Shown: piece after piece, positions 11,689 to 26,100 of the stretch
Numbering within the stretch: position 1 is the first letter of the stretch
How the letters are laid out: each line of letters begins with the position of its first letter
Source of the DNA: Seison nebaliae
Lineage: Eukaryota
NCBI GenBank assembly: GCA_023231475.1
Contig: JALJEE010002436.1
Location: forward strand, 124,001 to 188,000
Length of the DNA: 64,000 nt
Direction of reading: 5' to 3'
The notes under the pieces: model-generated
Database searches by the model: none
Told to the model about the DNA's origin: nothing
Seen by the model: only the letters and a program-made list of their open reading frames with translations
Made by a program: the position numbers and the translations under genes

Positions 11689-14600
11689 ATCTTCATGAAC
11701 ATATGTATGATTTATTATTTACTAAATGAAAATCATTTGAGATGATATCGAAATCACTTCATGAAACTCCACGGGTGTCTGCCAAACGATTTAGTAAATA
11801 CAATTACCAATTCTTTCTCCATAAAAGAATATTCAATTTGGTGAACGTTCCGTTGTGTTATTTGCAGAAAATTAGGTGGAAAGACAAAATTCTCCCATAT
11901 TTTCCCACATTTCTTTCTACTTTTAATTCAATTAAACAAAAGAAATGATCTTGAACTTTTCTCCATTTCGGGAGAAGTGAAAGTCTACACAGATGAGATT
12001 CAGCTCACTATCTTCTTTTCCCATAAATTTCTTTCGAAACTTTTATTTCATCAACTTCTTCAACATTCCTCACTTTTTTTAATTCCACTATCCTATTCAC
12101 CATTCGTCTTAATTTACTGTAGTTTTATGAGACTTCTCAATTCCATTCTTCAAATAATTCTCCATTCCAAATTATCATTCTCCTCCTTTTTTTCGAACAA
12201 TTGGATCATTTCTTTCTCCTTCTCATTTTTATGAGATAAAAAATATTTAGAAATTCCTATTGAAAAGATGAGGAAGCAAATCTTAAATTTCTCCATCATT
12301 CACTTTGACGATTATTGTTCTTCGTCTGTAAATTCCATATTTGCAGATTTTCCGCATTGTCTGCTTACCAACCAATTCTCGTGTTTACATCAAAACATAA
12401 AAAATTGTTAATTTTGTGGATAATGGGAATTTATCATTTAAGTTAGACGTAAGGAAAGAAGAAATGTTAGGAAACGGTGTCGGAAGGAAGTTCATCTTCA
12501 CATCGAAAAAAGTGAGATTTCTTCCCTTCAGTCAAATCATTTTTCGATATATTTTTCTCTCATTTTTCATTCCTCTAATTTCCATGATGTGTATTACATA
12601 ATTTGAGATAAGTTCGCGAAAGAATTAAAAGTTTTTTTAATTGAAAGTTCGATGAAGTCATTTGGAAGTTTTAAGTCGTCTCTCTCGATCGTTTCGATGA
12701 AGCAGTTAATGAGCAATCCTCTAAATGCTAATCAAATATTTTCATTATTATCGATTAGGGAATGTGTGTCGATATTACATCGAAGAAATTATGAAATAAA
12801 CGAAGACAGAATTTAGGAGAGTATCATATGTAATTTATGAAGTTGAATTCCTTTAACATTTTCTTTTATTGTTTTTCTTATTTTACTTCACTTTGATTAG
12901 TTTCAAATTGACGATGAAACTTGTCGGTTAAAGAAATGATGATAATGATAATGATGATGATGATTGCTCTTAAGATGAGAGCACTAATGTCCCACGTATC
13001 GGATGAAGGAGTGGACTAGTTGAGTTGGGACTAAGTACTTCATTTCTTATTCACATATGTCATGTGGACATGTGGAACGGAAATGGAATGAAGAGTTTTC
13101 AGAGATTTAACTCGTGATATTCCTTCCGCAATTATTTCATTTATATTCTAATTCTTTTTTCACAACAAATTAATTGGAAAGAAATGAGCTGCAGAAAATC
13201 ATCTTCCTCCTCAATTCATCAGATTGATTTGAACATGATTAACATTAGGAATTTGATTTACTCATTTCTTCGATTCCACCATTCCAACTTCTTCATTCGA
13301 TTTCAGTTCGCTCTACATTCATTTCCATTTCCCTCGATGTTCATGGTCATGCGGTGAAGAATGGGCTGGTTGATGGTGGTTGGAGGATGAGAATGAATGT
13401 CAAGAAAATATTTATCGCATTTCTGATCAATCATCTTCTCGAATGAATCCACATCTCCTGATAAATTGTAGGATGGAAATTTAATGAAATTATTTGACGT
13501 CACAACTCTAATCAGTCTTCAGTTTTCACATAAATATTTTTGTTCCCCTCCCCCCAAAAAAGAAATATTTCTCGCACTTCTGTCTCTCCCGTTTTGAATA
13601 GAAACAATGGAATTGTTTAATAAGAATAATTAACGAATAATATTGAACCTTCCAATATTACTTTTCATATGATATTGTGTAATGTTACGAAAAAGGAAAA
13701 GTGTTGATATTCCACTTTTCTTTATTAGTTTTCTTATTAGTTTAGAAGGAACGTAGAAGAAATCTCTCTCATAATTTCTTATTGATTTTAGGAATTATAC
13801 ACCAAACAATTTCGGTTAGTGATTCGTCGAGAATGTTATATTTGATATGAGAAGATAATGAGGACGAAAGAACTTCTCCTTTATTGACACATAATTTGAC
13901 GATGATATTTAAAGGAAAGTAATCGTAATTTACAAATACAAAATTAGAAGTAATTTGAATAATTGAAAGAGAATATGATCGATCTTCTTACGATAATTAT
14001 TCGCATTTCATTAAATTTAACGAAAGTTCCATAACAATCAAACGCACAAATAAATCTTCCGTTAAAGGAGTGTGCGGCTATGTGTGTAGTGAATTTTAGT
14101 GTAGTGCTAACCTTGCACCAAACACTTCCCACATGTTCTGAATATTTGTGAGTTGAATTAACAGTTTACAGTTCTGCTCACAATTTCACCTTGCGAGTGG
14201 AAAAACGGAAAATTGGACAGATTATTGTTAATCCAGCCAATGCAAAATATTTTAAGTTAGGAGAAAAATTATTTAGTAATTTGACGATAATCTTCTGAAA
14301 CATGTTGAGATGAGAATGTCGAAATAATATTAATTTTCCCTTATTTCAATGGAGAATTTTCTAATAATATTTTCTTTATAACGTTACGATCTCCTTTCCT
14401 TCTTTTTGTTTATTTCCGTGACTGTCGTTATATTTTCCTTATGGAATTTCCTCCTCATTTCTCCAAATGAGAAATTGGAGAATGATTATCTTCGCCATTC
14501 GTTATCTTTGTATTTGTTATAATATTTATCTTGGTGAAAGAAAAAGTTTTTCGTTGGAAATTCCTCCGCGAACAGTTCGATGCTCGACATTTAAGCAGAC

Positions 14601-16211
14601 TACCTCGAATAATGAGAGAAGAATTGGTGAGATGGGAAGTGCAAGGAAATGATTAAATACCTGGAGATGGATATGAAGTACATTAGGAATACGAGAGAGA
14701 ATTCCATCCATTGACGCTTAAAAGTATGAGTATGGAAATGAAGAATAAATAAATGTAATAGTAAGATAAATCAAATTAATATTCTTTAAGCGCGAAGTTG
14801 GTTGGGAGAAAAATTCATATCAAATTAAAATCAACATTGGAGCAGTGCCATCCCTACACATCGGAGCCATTCCATAGTTTCACACGACATCACTTATTAT
14901 TTTGTGATGAATGGCAAGGTCAAAGTTGAATGGAGAAGTTAATGTAGAAATGTGAATTGGGAATGGGAAAGTAATAAGAAGTAATTTTGAGCACAATGCT
15001 CAACTATTCAGTTGATTTAGCCATTCACTTACTTCTGGTGGGCGATATGATTAAGAGATATGAATGATAATATCACAACATTCTCACCATCCTCATATTG
15101 TTTAGGTGGAGGGGGGCGATGGTAAGAGTCGAATGTTGATACAATACGAATAATTTATGAAAAAAACGAAACTATGTGAAAAGAAGAAGTTGGAGAAATT
15201 TGAACATTTAGTCAATGCTTTTACCGAACTGTAACTCATCCAAAAATTAGAAATGTTTATTATGTAACTGTGTCTGGTCTGTTTTGGTGCAAAATGTTCC
15301 AAATGTTCAAATGTCCACCGTATAATGCAAATGATAAACATTTTCTTATAACATACGTTATGCTTTATTGACAAATTTTTGTTCATTCATTTCTTAATGT
15401 TTGTTGGAATGTAAGTTATGATAGTGATGTCTAATAGGACGAACAACCAACAGATTTGAGGTCTCACCAACTGTAATAGGCCATTTATTACAATTGGAAT
15501 TCCGGGAAAGATAAAATGGACATTAAAGTGAAAATGGAAGATGAATATAATCATTTATCAAAAACTTTACAGATCTATTCCATTTCCACTAGGGAACTTT
15601 CTGGTGATTTTCCGATCAGTAGGAATCGATGTCGATTCATCGTCGATTCATATATCGATGATGTAACGATGAATGAAACGAGGAAATAGTGTCGATCTTT
15701 TCTTAGAACTAATGTTCGCGGTTGTTTATTAGTATATGATTTCAATTGGGTCGGTTTCCTTCCGCTTCCATTCTCGTCTGAATGCCATTTATATTATTAA
15801 ACAATTATATAAGTTATGATGCTCAATTGAATATTTCTTCTTTCATATGTCTGGAATAGTCTATTGAATTGAAATGTTATGTGAATGATATAAAGTTACG
15901 GAATTTGGGGGGAAAAACGGAAAACTTACTTTTCTTTATTAAGTTCGTTCGATGAAATCGAAACGAGTCTACATTTCATTTTATTCATAACTTCTTCTGA
16001 TGGAGAACATTGATCGGTTATTGAAAGGATATTGAAAAAGAAAAAATCGTTCCAATTTTCTATCATGTTCGTCGTGTAACATTTATTCCTTCCATAAATT
16101 AACAGTCAGTTATTCCAATTTAATTTGAATAGAATTCTTTTTAGTCGTTTTTATTTGGACTAAATAAATCGCGAATGATCATCGAATGATGCATCGATAT
16201 GAGAGAGTTGT

Positions 16212-19200
16212 ATGATTTCCTTAAGAAATCACTCATCCAAATTAACCATATCAGAAGATAAACTAATAAATATGAATGCGATCAAATCGCACGAATCTCA
16301 AGAAAAAAATAAAACTAGTGAGAGATACAAAGTTATCGGAGTGGACGACATCGTTCCATATGAAATGAATGCAGATAACAAATATCATGTTACCTATAAA
16401 AATAAGGAGATTAATCGAAAAGTCGCTACATACAAGAATATGAATAAACAGTATCGTTATCATATACCATCACCATTTCTTGTATCATCCAATGATGACG
16501 TTGGATTATTGAATAAGATTCGATTGAGAAACAATAAGAAATTGATCAATAAACAAATTAATGAATCGATAAAAAAGAAAAGTTTCAACAATTTCAATGA
16601 TCACATTTCTTCACTAAACACATCTACTACAACAACATCATCACTAATATCATCATCCACACCATTATTTTCGAAAGTACCTCTATCATTCTCTTGCTTA
16701 CGTATCAACGAGGTGCATCGAAGGAGAATGGGAAAAAAGAAGAAGAAGAAGACGCAACATAAATATAAGAAGAATAATAAACTATTTCTCACATCGTCAT
16801 CTTCCTCGTCCTTATCGCTCGTACAATCTACAAGTGTGTCCATGCCACTAAATAATCAATTAGATCACCATAATAATAATTGGATATATTCAACAAAATC
16901 AAATTCAATGTCCAATCATGACGGACATTTCGTTAATCGGGTAGAAAAGGTTTTGTCTGAAAAGTCTTATGATTTTCTTTACGATGAACATCGACGGAAG
17001 TTAAAATCAGCACCTCATTATCATCGGAATTTCCTTAAAGAAAATGTTTATACAAATAGTAATGATGACTCGTGTCCTAATCAAATCTTCTCTTCTTCCA
17101 CTTCATCATCTTTGTTCCCGTTTTCCATATGTTCATCGATTCTAACTCGACCCTCATCATCATCATCATCATCAATATTAACATCATCATCATCATCATC
17201 AGTAGCAACAACAACGGTAACAACGTCAATAATAGATGTATTATCTTCATTCAGTCGATGTGATTCGTATAAGAAACCATCAAAAAATTCTGATGAGAAT
17301 TCATCGAGGCAAATAAACAACGTCAATAATTTGACGAATAATTCGAGAGAATGGGAAAAGCAATTCACACAAGAACCGAACAGCTGGAAGAAGAAAAACA
17401 TTCATGTTCATCATAATAGTAATATCGATGATTTTAATGATGGTGTCTCGACCTTCAATTCCCCATCAAATCAATCGGATGAATGGAAATCAACTGTAAC
17501 GTTCGCTTTCAGTTCCGCAAGTGAACAACTGAACAATTTGCACTTTGTCTCTCTTCACTCGACTGAAAAGGAAAAAGTTCCGATGAATAACGAGAAAAGG
17601 ATTTCCACTCCCAAATTGAAGAAATTCGAATTAGAATCAAGAAAGACATCTCACTCCATTAACAACGAATGGATTGGTAAGTCGTCTCTCTCGATCGACC
17701 CAGATGATGATTTCACTGCAAAAAAATCCAAAAATAAACAGAACAATAATAGTGAAATAATTGGGAACAATAGACATAGTCGTTCAGATGTAAAAGTTCC
17801 CAATCATCAACTACTTCCATCAAACACATCAAATAATCGGTGTATTTTCGATAAGCTTACTAAGCTTACACAAAAGAAATTGATTGCCATTAACACAACG
17901 AAGAAATTACGTAACCAAACGAATGTAAATTCCAATGATGCAATTGAATCGAAAGAGAAAATTAAAAGTGGAAACTCGATAAATAATCAAACAATTTCAC
18001 GCGATTTATCAAACGCCACATATGGATGGAAGAAGGAAAAGAAGAGCAGCCATAATAACCTAATAAATAATATTAGAGAAAATGATTATTTTCGGAATAG
18101 AATGAAAAGTTCCATATCTGGTTTCATGAACAATGAACCGAATACGATTGCCGAACAATTGTATGAGAATCGATCAATTTACTGTAATTTTAATAGTGTC
18201 TCATCTAACAATTACAATGATTCTCGCACCATTCCCCATTGTTCCAATTCGTCTTCAATCACTCACCAACAAAACTTCACTCCACTTCCAACAACAACAA
18301 CAACAACAACTATTACGACTACCACCAATAATACGAATAGTCAACGAGACGATAATAAGAAGTTTTCTCTATCGGCAACTCCCGTACAATCTCCGTTTGG
18401 TAATCATTCTAATTATTCGATTATTTCCAATAATAGTTACTGCAATTCAGATCATGACGTTCATCAGAACAATGATGAATATGAAAAAACGGAAATGTTA
18501 CATTCAAATGATTCGTCCGATAATTATGTAAATTATTCTACACAAAAAATTCTCCGAAGTATTTCCGATGTTAATATTAATGATCTTCTATTCCCATCAA
18601 ACAAATTATCCGACAACTCTGTTCAACAACAAACGGAAGAATATTCAAAAGATTCCCAGGTATATCATCAAATAACTAATCAGAATGAGACGAATCAAAA
18701 GAATCATCATCATTCAAATCATAAAGAAGATGATTTAACAATGAAGAATTGTTCCTCCATTAATAACATTTATCCAGTCTCATCATTAGCCGTCTCAGTT
18801 AAATCTTGTAAATCTGTCATTATTAATCGATCGAAAGAGAAAGACAATTTTCAACATCTCAACAAATCCAACAACCAATTGAATGTGGAAGACTTAAAGA
18901 AAGCTCGTTCGCGATGGCAAAAAGTGAAAAATTCCGTTTTCTCCCGATCCGAATCCTTCCAATTCCGTTTTACTTCCGTCAATCCCGTCGTAGCTTATTA
19001 TGCGCACGAGGTTGGTCGTCGAGCGAAAGGTCGTTCCATGAAATACAAAAATTTCCAAAGACAAAACTCTCGTTCTTCCGATATTTCGGTTGTCGATTCG
19101 AATAATAAACCTCCGAACAAACGAAGTCTCTCACGAATATTATCCAACTCTACCACATCAACTCGCTTACAATACCGAACTCCAGTCGCAGGTATGCAAG

Positions 19201-22191
19201 ATGATCGTCCCGATGATCTGATGCAATCATCGAATAATTGTACGTTGTTGAACGAGAATATTTTCTACGAACAAGATGAAGAAGTTGATGATATTCCTCA
19301 ACTACTCAATCAGCAACATGATCAAAATTCCCGTCTAAAATATTCCAGTAGTTTACATACTGATCTTTCTCATCATAAATTAAATACAGAATTGATGGAA
19401 TCGCCATCACTCACCGTAAATTCAGATGTATGTGCAAATAATTGGAGGTCAATCATCGGTCAAGAGTCCAATGTATCCGTTTTTGAATTGGTAAATGTTT
19501 TTTCTAAATTCAAACTTAATTCCCAATCGAACAGTTCTAAATGAACTTGAAAAATTTTAATTAATTTAATTATTTTTTAAATTATTTTCCAGTAATATTT
19601 TTTTTTCAACAAAATCAAAAACAGAAAAATTTAACGGAAACTTATTAATTATTTTCTAAATATTTTTAGTTACAAATCCGATTAGGTGAATTGGTGAATT
19701 TACCTAATTTCCCAAATAACAACTTCCTCCAACACGAACGAATAGAGAATGACCAAAGTTCTCTCTATCTCAATCCGATTTTCAGTGGCGAGTTGATATT
19801 GGCTGACGTGCAGGATTTATGTCATAAGTCGAAAGAGAAAGTGAAAGAGAAGAATGTTAAAATGAATCATATGGACCATTTGTTGAGAACATTGGATGAG
19901 AATGGTGAGTTAATTTGGGCGGAAGATTGGGATGAGTTATTCGCCGTTTCCGCAGAAGAAAAGAAGACCATGTCACCAAATCTAATGAAACTTCAACATT
20001 ATATTTGGGAATTGTGCACTTTCGAATTGTCTTATATCGTCCAATTAGAAATGTTTATCAAAGTTAATTTAATTAATTTTTTAAAATAATAATGATAATA
20101 ATAATAATGTCGTTCAGCTCTATTATAATACAGTGTTAATGTTGAAAAATGAATCGTTATTGAATGATATTGAACCATCAAGATTGTTTGGAAATATTCG
20201 AGAAATATTTATTTGTCATCTAAATTTCTGGAGATATCATTTATTGAAATTCATACGAATATCGAAAACTAAAAAACAATTCGATCTGCCTCATCTCTCC
20301 ACCATTTTTCATGATGTTCATTTTAAATTTTTCTCTTTTTTTTCTATCTATTTCATTTCATAGTTTTCATTCCGTTTCTTTCCGTACGTTGAATTTTTCA
20401 GTCGGGAGATCTCTTGCAAATGTTATTTTAAGCAGAAGAATGAAGAATCCTCCGAATTCAAATCATTCATTGTCGTTAGTTTCCTTTAATAGAATTATCT
20501 TTAATTGAAATTACTTTACATATCTTTAGTTTACGGAAGGACATCCGACATGTCAACGATTAAATTTCAATGATATTTTCATCAAACCTATTCAACATCT
20601 GCCGAGATACAAATTATTATTAACTCAAATTCTCCGATTAGTTGAAGACGAATCGATAAAGATCGATTTGGAAGAAAAGGTTTATATTTCCATTAACTAT
20701 CAACAGAAAGAAACTTATGTTGTTTTTGAAGATTGAGAAGATTCACGAATTCCTCAATATCGTTCAACCTCACGCAGTTGACGAATCGGAATATTATCGA
20801 ATGAATAATTCTCTAAGTAAACTCGAATCTTATGATATAGTCAGCGAATCATTCGGTACAAATCATTCCGAAGAAATATCTAAAGTTATTTTTTAATTTT
20901 TTTAAAATTTTCAAAATTTTCTTTTTCTTCAATTTTTCTTCAAATTCAAAAATTCTTCAAAAAAAACCATAAATAGATCATTGAACGAGATAGTCATTTA
21001 GATTTGGGTTTTACAATACTCGAAACTAATCAACCTCGTAGATTACATCATTCGGGATCCGTTCGAATATTACGAGATACACATGGCGCAAAAAATTTGG
21101 ATGTGAATTGCATCTTATTTACAGACATTTTTCTCATAACTCGAAATTTCCGAAAGAATTGTGATAAGTTGAAAATAATTCGACCGCCAATTCATATAGA
21201 TCGAATTCGTTGGTCTTTATCGGAGACACAACCGAACACTTTAATTGTTTGGTCAATCGGAATAATGGGAAATGTTGACAATATTTTCACACTCTCCACT
21301 TCACAATGTGAAGAATGGCAGACAAAGTTGATGGAAGCACAAAAGGAATATGAGAAAACAAAAGAGAATTGTACTCGATGTATTGCCATGAAGAACGGTT
21401 ATGATATGTATATGAGAAGAATCGAATACGAAATTAAAAAAGCTAAACATCTCACATCAGATGAACATAAAAAATTGATGAAGCGATCTACAAACAGTTC
21501 AGATCAAAAACCATCAACATCAAATGAGATGAAAGAAGAAAAAAATTATTTTGACAGGAATTCTGATCAAAGAAATAACAAATTAACCAGACCTAAATAT
21601 CTTCCAGTAATTTGTGGTCCGGATGATGTGGAACCATCAGAGAATGGAAAAAACGGAAAAAATGTTCAGAGACAATTACAGAATGACAAACGATATCATA
21701 CGGCTGATTCTCTTCATGGCGTCAAAGAACAAAATCGTCGAACGGAAATTCAGAATCATGTAAATTCCAACAACATCAACTTACCTTCTGAATCGAAAGA
21801 TACAAAAATCAATCATATCGATGAACCACCATCATCATCAGGTATACCGTTACAAGATGCGAATACCATCGCTGCACTACTCAAACGTCAGTCGTTGAAC
21901 ACTCACGATAAACAGTTACAACAACAGAAAGGTAAAATGAATAAAGATTGTCCTCCATCAATCACATCTATCAATGATGGAAATCCGTCATTACGATCAT
22001 TCAAAAGTTCCTCTGGTGTTTCATCAAACTCCTCCCTCCTAATCACCGTTGACGACTCGAACAACTTAATGGAAGAGAGTTCACAAACGAACAAAATGAA
22101 CAGCCAAAAAGCAATGAAATTTCGTCGTCACAACGATCGAATTGTTCATTTATTAACGACGGAAGATAATAATGATGCCACCGAAGTATAA
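16212..22191 (+). CDS. PLEKHG5: PLEKHG5/Syx-like RhoGEF (DH-PH) with ~1100-aa low-complexity N-terminus and C-terminal PDZ-binding motif, ~1830 aa
   Basis: Exons 16212-19490 (or 19496), 19670-20062, 20118-20315, 20364-20474, 20530-20679, 20732-20884, 20977-22191. The spliced product has IWELCTFELSY, RLFGNIREI, EGHPTCQRLNFNDIFIKPIQHLPRYKLLL, CILFTDIFLIT and IIRPPIHIDRI, colinear with recalled PLEKHG5 motifs. It ends ATEV (PLEKHG5 ends ASEV). Confidence 0.9.
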
Positions 22192-22208
22192 AAGATAATT
22201 TTATAAAT

Positions 22209-22317
22209 AATAAAAGATATAATGGATTGAACAGTCTCCATTTGTTTTGCATTGCATCCGGTTATCATCAAATTTGAATTTAATAAAATCTCTTTATATT
22301 CGATAAGCAAGTTTATT
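22209..22317. promoter_or_regulatory. Candidate polyadenylation signals for two convergent genes
   Basis: AATAAA on + at 22209 and 22282, and on - at 22312-22317, in the 160-nt gap between stops. The hexamer is common by chance in AT-rich DNA. Confidence 0.4.
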
Positions 22318-22351
22318 TATAAAATATCTATAAAATTATTGAATTTTCTAA

Positions 22352-23154
22352 TTATCTGAAGTTTTGCATTCCATTATTAGGGTAAACAACTGAATTACCG
22401 TTTTGTTGCATGTTACCTGTTAACGGTATATCTGTCGAAGTTGTTTGCAGATTTAGAAAATATAAACGATTCTTTACCGCATGTACTAGATAAATCATCG
22501 CCCCTGCAAAAATAACTACTCCACTTGTTAAAATCAACGAATTGAGTATTACAGTTTTTTTCGGATTAACTACGAAATAAATAATAAACAAAAATAATAT
22601 TAAACTGATTTTTTAAGAAAATATTAAACTTGGATTTTCTTCAAATGAGAATGTAGTAGATGAATTTCTATTTTGAATTCCTATAATTCCTATAACTATG
22701 GACGCCACACCACCTAATAATAGAACCATAATACTAAATCCATTTGTAATCATCACTATGACGATACCAGTTCGAATAGATGCGAAGAATAACAAAACTC
22801 CATATAATAAACCGGCTACTCCTGAAATAAATCCAACGGGTATGTTCAGAGGTAGGTGATCAGCTTGTCTGATTCCTTGACAAATAAGAATTACAACACT
22901 TGCAGCGATCTTTAATAATAAATAGTTGAAATAAAAATTGACTATTAAAAATATGTGAAAAAAATTTAAACTATGACGAACGCGATCAGTTTCGCCAATT
23001 GTTTCGGAAAAACTTTATTAACATGCTCTTTTAATTGTTCCTGACGATAACGATAATATTCTAAACGGGCGGCGTCATAACGGGCAAAATCTTGCGCTGT
23101 CACATTTCCCATAGGAGGTTTCGGTGCATATGGATCATAGCGATTGTTGTACAT
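22352..23154 (-). CDS. 226-aa four-transmembrane protein (MS4A/CD20-like topology)
   Basis: Exons 23154-22972, 22909-22630, 22569-22352 join in frame via two GTT..AG introns (62 and 60 nt). Four hydrophobic segments with polar N- and C-termini. Family call rests on topology only. Confidence 0.8.
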
Positions 23155-26100
23155 TATTAAAGAACTGTTTTTAATTTTTTCTCGATATACGTAAATAGTG
23201 TGAAGTTTATTCGAACAATGAATAATAGTTTATGTTCGATTGAATAAATAAGTTATAAATCATATATTTATTCAGAAAGGAAGGACAGACAGTATGATAA
23301 TAACAATTAATCAATGAATCATCAAAAAATAGTTGGGAATACATAAATATTTGATATTAAATCACTTCTATTCGATTGACAAAATTATTAAACAAAATTT
23401 TATGGTAAAATGATCTACCAAAATCGTCATTCTCTCTATTACTTTAATTAATAGTCTGGCTTCCATTTATATAATAAATTAATTAAGGTTATCTTTCAAA
23501 AATGAGTAGTTCAGAACAAACTTCTTTTATGAAACTGAAAATTATCAATTTTTGTTTAAACGGAAAAAACGGAAAATATGTAAGTTTAATATGTATTTGA
23601 TTTTTTTCAAGAACTATATTAATCAACGCCAATTTCTAGTGATAAGTGGTGGTTATAGTCTCTTATCTGGTACGTTGATGTTTAATTTTTTCAAATATTT
23701 GTTGTACTATAATCAATTGATAATTTTGTCCTTACAGTTGTTAATTTCTTCAAATGTTTACTAAAAGAATTTTTGATTATGATATAAAATAATCTACACA
23801 TGGTTCTTCCTGACTAATTGAAATAGTTGAAAAGAGATGAATAGATGATAATTTATTTAATAATAATATTAATATTTATTATAATTTATATAATATTATT
23901 TATATTTAGTATAATATAATAATTTTAATTATAAATTGACTATAATTACAATTACTTGTTATAAATTTGAAGATATTGTTCATTATCGTTTTTTGATTGA
24001 TGCTTTGATTTGAGAAAAAAAGAAGAAATTATAAAATAAAAAAGAAAATCCTTCAAAAATTTACTGTAAGCTTAAAGGAATTTGGAGATTTTGGAGGTGA
24101 ATTGAGATGGAATGACAAGTTTTAACTAACGAATGAATGTCATAATTTTCTCCACATTGAAATATCAGTAACATAGAAATATCATTTGACAATAACATGA
24201 GAGAATTGAATAAAAGTACATTGGAAATCATATCAGTCAACATAGTTACAGGTTAGTTATGATATGTCGTGAAATGAAGCAAGAGAGAAAAAAAATAATC
24301 CGAATAGGGTTTCCTTTTTAATTATCTCATTATTCTTCTTCATATTATCATAATAATATGGAATTAGATGATACTCGATATGAGCAGTCTCATCGTCAAA
24401 ACGGAAGTGAAGAGAACCACATGCACTTTTCATATTACGATGTCAATCAGTAGAAATAGTAGAGGAATGATTGAGTATCCATTGCTTCATTAACGCAATT
24501 CTTATTTGATGGAATATTTCAAATGTTCTCCCATCGATTGACGATTAACGTAGAAGTCTTGATACGTATGCTCATGCATAAATATGTCAGTTTCATATGT
24601 TTTTCTATTCTCGAAATTCCTTCATCCACCTACTTCAGACAAGTACTGATATTTGAGTCTAGTCTACTGAGCATGTTCGTATTTGAAATGAGCAGCATCG
24701 CTAACATATAAATAGAGATATGTGATTAGAAGTGAATGATTGGAATATATATCGTTTGGAATATCGTTAGAATATTGTTCGAATGAAATTGATTTACTTA
24801 ATTATTTATTCCACGAATATCTATCTAACTACACCAATACAATCTATCTATATTCCCATCGACTATGGGAGGAATGTATAGAATTGGGAATGTGCAGCAA
24901 ATTATGAATTTCTTTCATTCCTTTTGTTTCCTAATTATCAATCTAACTTTTTCTAACATCATCAATCTGTTTTTGCCCATTTCAAACTGCCAATGGAACT
25001 ACTGACCAAAAGAATTCTTCTCACAACACAGACAGGAATAGATGGAAGAAATGTGAATCATCTTCCTCCGTCGAATCATCCGTCAAGTTGTGTACGATAA
25101 TTTGTTTTCACATAGTAGCATATTTTTTACAGATATCCGTTCTATTTATGGTATCGTTGGATGTGGTTAATCAGAATTATCTCCTTTGTACGAATGAATC
25201 GGTTGTACACGAAAATTTTCTCCGAAATTTATTCTATTACTTTTCTCTACATTCGAATCGCAGTGCCATAAATGCATCACTGATTCTATCTAACACGATA
25301 TTTCCCTCTCTACAGCCTCTCCCCTTTCCACCAACACTGACTCACAACATTTATCGCAATTCCTCCATTGTTGCATCACATTTCCTACCTGCTAACTAAC
25401 TTACTTGATTACCATTCCACATTTATTTAATTTCTTTTTGTAAATCGAAAAAAATTATAATATTCATGTTGGTGAAATGTATCTGATCGGAAATTTGTCA
25501 TTTTCCATCTCCATCACCATCACCACAACCACTACCTTCCGCTACAGCTGTTATGCATATTTGCACAGTTTAAAGATGAATTAATAAAAAGAATTGAAAC
25601 ATTCACTTAATTTCATTTCAAATTACGTATGAGAGAGAGAATATCATATGAAGAAAAGAAATTAATCTCCTCAATTCTCCATCGCTCTGACGTAATCGAT
25701 TAATGCGCAAAATTAGAATGAACCAATAATTTCCATCAATAGAGAATTAATGAAATTGTAGTGGTGGTTCTTAAGTCTTTTATCCGATGATCAACTGCAA
25801 CGATTACTAATTCGATTACTCTTCACCTTAACCATATTCAATCTGGTGTAAGAGGTATAATCTAATTCGATTTCTTCCAGTCCAGATCGAGAGACATCGA
25901 TTGATAGTTATAATGTTGATACTTATCTTTCCCACATGCTCTCCCCTACCGAATGTAAAGGCAAATAAATATTATTAGACAAATAGCACAATGGCAGTCC
26001 ATTGATGAATATTAGTTTTACATTAATAACTGTTGTTATTTATTGATTGACAGCTGCCAAATAGAAATGGTTTGCGCTAAACGGTTATTTAGATGGAAAA

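Noticed and set aside
14020..15480. Patches with slightly different composition, possible transposon fragments
   Set aside because: No terminal repeats, target duplications, second copies or transposase/RT motifs seen.
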